From: Candidatus Krumholzibacteriia bacterium
Lineage (GTDB): Bacteria > Krumholzibacteriota > Krumholzibacteriia > WVZY01
DNA: 41,384 nt
Assembly: GCA_046754105.1 (NCBI GenBank)
Contig: JBHHVD010000018.1
Location: 1-41,384 of the forward strand
Direction: 5' to 3'
The notes under the pieces were generated by a model. That model ran no database searches, had not been told where the DNA came from, and saw only the letters and a program-made list of their open reading frames with translations. Below are positions 38,509-41,384 of this stretch, in pieces. A program made the translations under genes and the position numbers. Position 1 is the first letter of the stretch; every line of letters begins with the position of its first letter.

Positions 38509-38947
38509 ATGCATGCAGTTCGGGCTGGCGCCGTGGCGTTTGCCGCCGCATGGGTCCTGCTACTGACGTTGTTTCCTCCGGCTCTCTCCTCCGTGGACAA
38601 CGACACCTGCCTCGACTGCCGCGCGACGATTGTCCACAGCGATGAGGCGCTCCTCGCCGTCGGATTCATTTCACGATACATTTCTTCAACACCCACCTGA
38701 GGCCCGAGACCTTCCGATGGTCACGGTCGTGTTCACCGGCGTTGCCCCGCTCGGCGACTACATGAAGGACCGCCCGCGGGAATACGAGGCGCTCAAGAAC
38801 AGCGGCGAGCTGCGAAAACGCGTCGTGACGGGAACGAGCTCGAAGCGATCCAGGATCCTGATCCGCGCATTCGGTTACGGGTTTCTCTCTCTCGGCGTGA
38901 TACTCATCCTGCTGATCATGCATTCCGTCCTCTTCGGCTATCGCTAG
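38509..38947 (+). pseudogene. Internally deleted, frameshifted CbcL-like gene (multiheme c plus cytochrome b)
   Basis: Signal peptide and DNDTCLDC join directly to ATIVHSDEALLAVGFI. TIHFFNTHLRPETF and PMVTVVFTG...RPREYE follow in other frames. Confidence 0.75.
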
Positions 38948-39017
38948 AATGCGCGAACCGCGGCGAGGGAGGCCCGCCGGCAACCCCCTCGCGACGCCCC
39001 GGCCGGTTGCCACCAAC

Positions 39018-39053
39018 AAAAACGGACCGGGCGTTTTCGCGTCCGGTCCGTTT
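39018..39053. terminator. Bidirectional intrinsic terminator between convergent genes
   Basis: AAAAACGGACCGGGCG-TTTTCG-CGTCCGGTCCGTTT. Confidence 0.7.
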
Positions 39054-39103
39054 CGATTCCCGCGGGGCAGCGCTGCAAATCAGCACCCGCGACCTGCCGT
39101 CCT

Positions 39104-39685
39104 TTACTGAGATACGGTCTTGTGCTTGGCCCTGCGCTCCTCCGGCATCTTGTGGCTGATCTTGGCGGCCATCTTCTCGAAATCGAATTCCTGGTAGAAC
39201 GGGCTTTCCTCGTTGTGGCACTTGACACAGGTCTTCTCATCCGGAATGACCAGGCCGACGGAAGCCGGCTCTATCTCTCCCTTCAGGGCCGCGATCATCG
39301 TCTTCTTCTTCTTGTAATCGTTCCCCGCGCCGTGGCATGATTCGCAGCCGACGCCATCGGTCGCCGTGTACTTGGTCCCCAGATACTTCTCGTCGACCCC
39401 GTGGGCTGTCACGTGGCACTTCAGGCACTCGTCGGCCTTCTGGGGATCCGCGATTCCCTTCTTCTTGGCCACCTCCATCGCCTTTTCACTGGCCAAAGAC
39501 TCGTACGCCTTGGCGTGGGGGCCCTTCTCCCAGATTCCGTATTGCTCCCCCTGGGCGGGTGTCTTGTGGCACATCTTGCACTTCGCCGTCCCCACGAACA
39601 TCCGTTGCGCCTCTTCGGCACGGCTCGAGCTCGAGCAGGCGAATAGACAAGCTCCTAACGCTATACCAACCAACAATTTACTCAT
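39104..39685 (-). CDS. Periplasmic tetraheme cytochrome c (c554-like)
   Basis: Signal peptide, FVGTAKCKMCH, WEKGPHAKAY, CLKCH, GVGCESCHG and CVKCH. Confidence 0.88.
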   Translation of the reverse strand: MSKLLVGIALGACLFACSSSSRAEEAQRMFVGTAKCKMCHKTPAQGEQYGIWEKGPHAKAYESLASEKAMEVAKKKGIADPQKADECLKCHVTAHGVDEKYLGTKYTATDGVGCESCHGAGNDYKKKKTMIAALKGEIEPASVGLVIPDEKTCVKCHNEESPFYQEFDFEKMAAKISHKMPEERRAKHKTVSQ

Positions 39686-39709
39686 AATCTCTCTCCTCCC
39701 TCACAGAGA

Positions 39710-39799
39710 TTGTGAAACTCTTCTCTTACTAGAAGTATAAACCGCCGCTCACCGTTTGGCAAAGAAAGAATGCCAAAAGCGCAACTTGCTTATTATCAA
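39710..39799 (-). promoter_or_regulatory. Promoter of the tetraheme gene with FNR-like and degenerate Rex-like sites
   Basis: Minus-strand TTGCCA-17-TATACT (39762-39734), TTGCTTATTATCAA (39786-39799), TTGTGAAACTCTTCTCTT (39710-39727) and inverted repeat TTTGGCA-N9-TGCCAAA (39755-39777). Confidence 0.6.
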
Positions 39800-39817
39800 T
39801 TAGTTGACCCGCGGCTG

Positions 39818-41080
39818 CTAGCTGTCACTGAGCTGGCGTATCTTCAGGAACAGCGCCAGGGCGAGCAGGCTGATGAACACGGTCGCCATGCCGAACCCGC
39901 GGCGGCGGACGTGACTCTCCTCGATTTGCGCGATGGCGAGGCCCAGGGCTTCCCGGGCCTTCGCGGTGCCTTCCGTGGTCTTTTCCCTGACCAGCTCGGC
40001 GTCGAAAGTGTGCACGGACGTCCGCGCCTGGATCAAGCTCTGGCGCGCCTCCTGCAATACAAACCCTATTTCGACGTCATCCATGCCGATACGATGCACT
40101 TCGTCCCGCTTTTCCTCTGCGTCAGCGTAGGCGGTCGTCAACTCACCGAGCAGCGCGCTTATCGCTCCCGCCATCTCGTAGCCCTTGTCCCCCGCGGCGT
40201 GGCAGTCGGTGCACACCGCGTCCTCACCCGTGCCAACCATCGCATCGGAGGTTTTCTCGATATCGTGGTTGCTGTGGCACTCCTCGCACCCGTGCAGTTC
40301 CTCCTTCTCGAAGGCCGCTCCCATCTTGGACGCCGTGAAGAACCGCATGTTATTGACGTGGCAGTTTCCGCATACCTGTCGAACCGAAGAGATGCCGGGA
40401 GGCATCACCCCGTGATTGCCGTGGCAGTCGTTGCACGCCGGGGCGCCGACGTCCTGGTCCTCGAGCAGCGCCTTGCCATGGACGCCTTTCGCAAACTTAT
40501 TGTATTGATTCGTTGGTATGCCGTAACCCTTCATGTACTCCGCATCGCCGTGACAGCGGTTGCATGTAGCCGGCACGTTCAACGCGTAGACCGACGAGCG
40601 TGAATCCGTCACCGCGAGAACACCGTGAGCGGTATGGCAACTCGCGCAGTCCGCGACCTTCTCATCACCCTGCTTGAGGCGGATACCGTGGAGACTTGCG
40701 AAGTACTGTTTCACCTGGTCGGTAGGAATCCTGGGGCGGTACCGGCGCATGTAGTCAGTATCGGAATGACACCTGCCGCAGAACCGTGGCAGATCTTTCT
40801 TCGCCGGCGCGCCGACGAATCCCGCCTCGGCGGACATCGCCACCTCATCGTCATCGGACGTGGCGTCTCCCCCGTGGCAGCCCGCACACGTCAGCCCCAT
40901 CTTCATGTGAATATCGTCCTCGATATAATCCTCTGGCAGCAGCTCGTTCTCGACGTGGCACACCACACACTGGTCCGTCTCGACAGCCTTTTCCTCCTGA
41001 GCCACCGCCACACGAGCGAGGCATGCGGCAATCAGCATTACCAGACCGATCACGAAAACGGTCACCCCGTGGCCGCTCAT
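39818..41080 (-). CDS. Nonaheme cytochrome c with C-terminal membrane anchor
   Basis: Signal peptide, nine CxxCH, a helical stalk and terminal TM GFGMATVFISLLALALFLK. Confidence 0.88.
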   Translation of the reverse strand: MSGHGVTVFVIGLVMLIAACLARVAVAQEEKAVETDQCVVCHVENELLPEDYIEDDIHMKMGLTCAGCHGGDATSDDDEVAMSAEAGFVGAPAKKDLPRFCGRCHSDTDYMRRYRPRIPTDQVKQYFASLHGIRLKQGDEKVADCASCHTAHGVLAVTDSRSSVYALNVPATCNRCHGDAEYMKGYGIPTNQYNKFAKGVHGKALLEDQDVGAPACNDCHGNHGVMPPGISSVRQVCGNCHVNNMRFFTASKMGAAFEKEELHGCEECHSNHDIEKTSDAMVGTGEDAVCTDCHAAGDKGYEMAGAISALLGELTTAYADAEEKRDEVHRIGMDDVEIGFVLQEARQSLIQARTSVHTFDAELVREKTTEGTAKAREALGLAIAQIEESHVRRRGFGMATVFISLLALALFLKIRQLSDS

Positions 41081-41093
41081 GGCAACTCCCTCT

Positions 41094-41384
41094 CTAGACA
41101 AGGTACCCCCAAATCGTCATCACGACCATGTACAAGATCGACATGACCCCTATAACCGTCATCGGCCGCACTTTCCGCCCGGGGCGATGCCTTATTTCCC
41201 AAAAAGGGACCATCATCCATGCGACCCCGACCAGCCCGAAGGCGACAATACCCAGAACCTCTCCCTCCACGAACCAGACGTGCGCGGGCAGCAGCTTCAG
41301 CGTTTGAAACATGAACATAAAGTACCATTCCGGCCTGATGCCCTCCGGAGCCGGCACGAATGCGTCAGCCTCGCGACCGAGCTC
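41094..41384 (-). CDS. Cytochrome b of a Rieske/cytochrome b complex (C-terminal part, 5' end outside the window)
   Basis: APEGIRPEWYFMF (PEWY Qo motif) followed by TM helices. Confidence 0.85.
   Translation of the reverse strand, partial: ELGREADAFVPAPEGIRPEWYFMFMFQTLKLLPAHVWFVEGEVLGIVAFGLVGVAWMMVPFWEIRHRPGRKVRPMTVIGVMSILYMVVMTIWGYLV

Noticed and set aside
38600..38720. Programmed frameshifting or recoding in the CbcL-like gene
   Set aside because: Two frameshifts, a large deletion and a damaged neighbour point to decay or assembly error.

Overview
GC-rich bacterial DNA, with most genes on the minus strand and dominated by anaerobic energy metabolism. The FlgD-type C-terminal domain protein, TPR kinase and multiheme content resemble Krumholzibacteriota/Latescibacterota-like lineages (inference only). 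The left end holds feoAB (with a DtxR/IdeR-type box), fbp and a GT-C-like membrane protein. Next is an ~18 kb cluster: MarR with a Cys tail, ferredoxin, an intact 2-oxoacid:ferredoxin oxidoreductase alpha/beta pair, two large PFOR-derived proteins that appear catalytically dead and flank rnfB, then rnfCDGEA, a small Cys-rich protein, apbE and a GYD protein. The middle holds ptrB, a putative beta-barrel, a Ser/Thr kinase, a 425-bp internally deleted IS110/IS1111 element inserted at a stop codon, a large secreted FlgD-domain protein, a lipoprotein and tRNA-Phe. The right end is a multiheme region: MtrA-like and MtrB-like genes with a hexaheme lipoprotein, two decayed cytochrome genes, a tetraheme c554-type cytochrome, a nonaheme cytochrome and a partial PEWY cytochrome b. 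The best candidates for novelty are the pseudo-PFOR/OFOR/Rnf assembly, the non-canonical porin-cytochrome conduit and a recurring FNR-type plus Rex-like promoter layout. All calls come from motif recognition by eye; no database searches were run.
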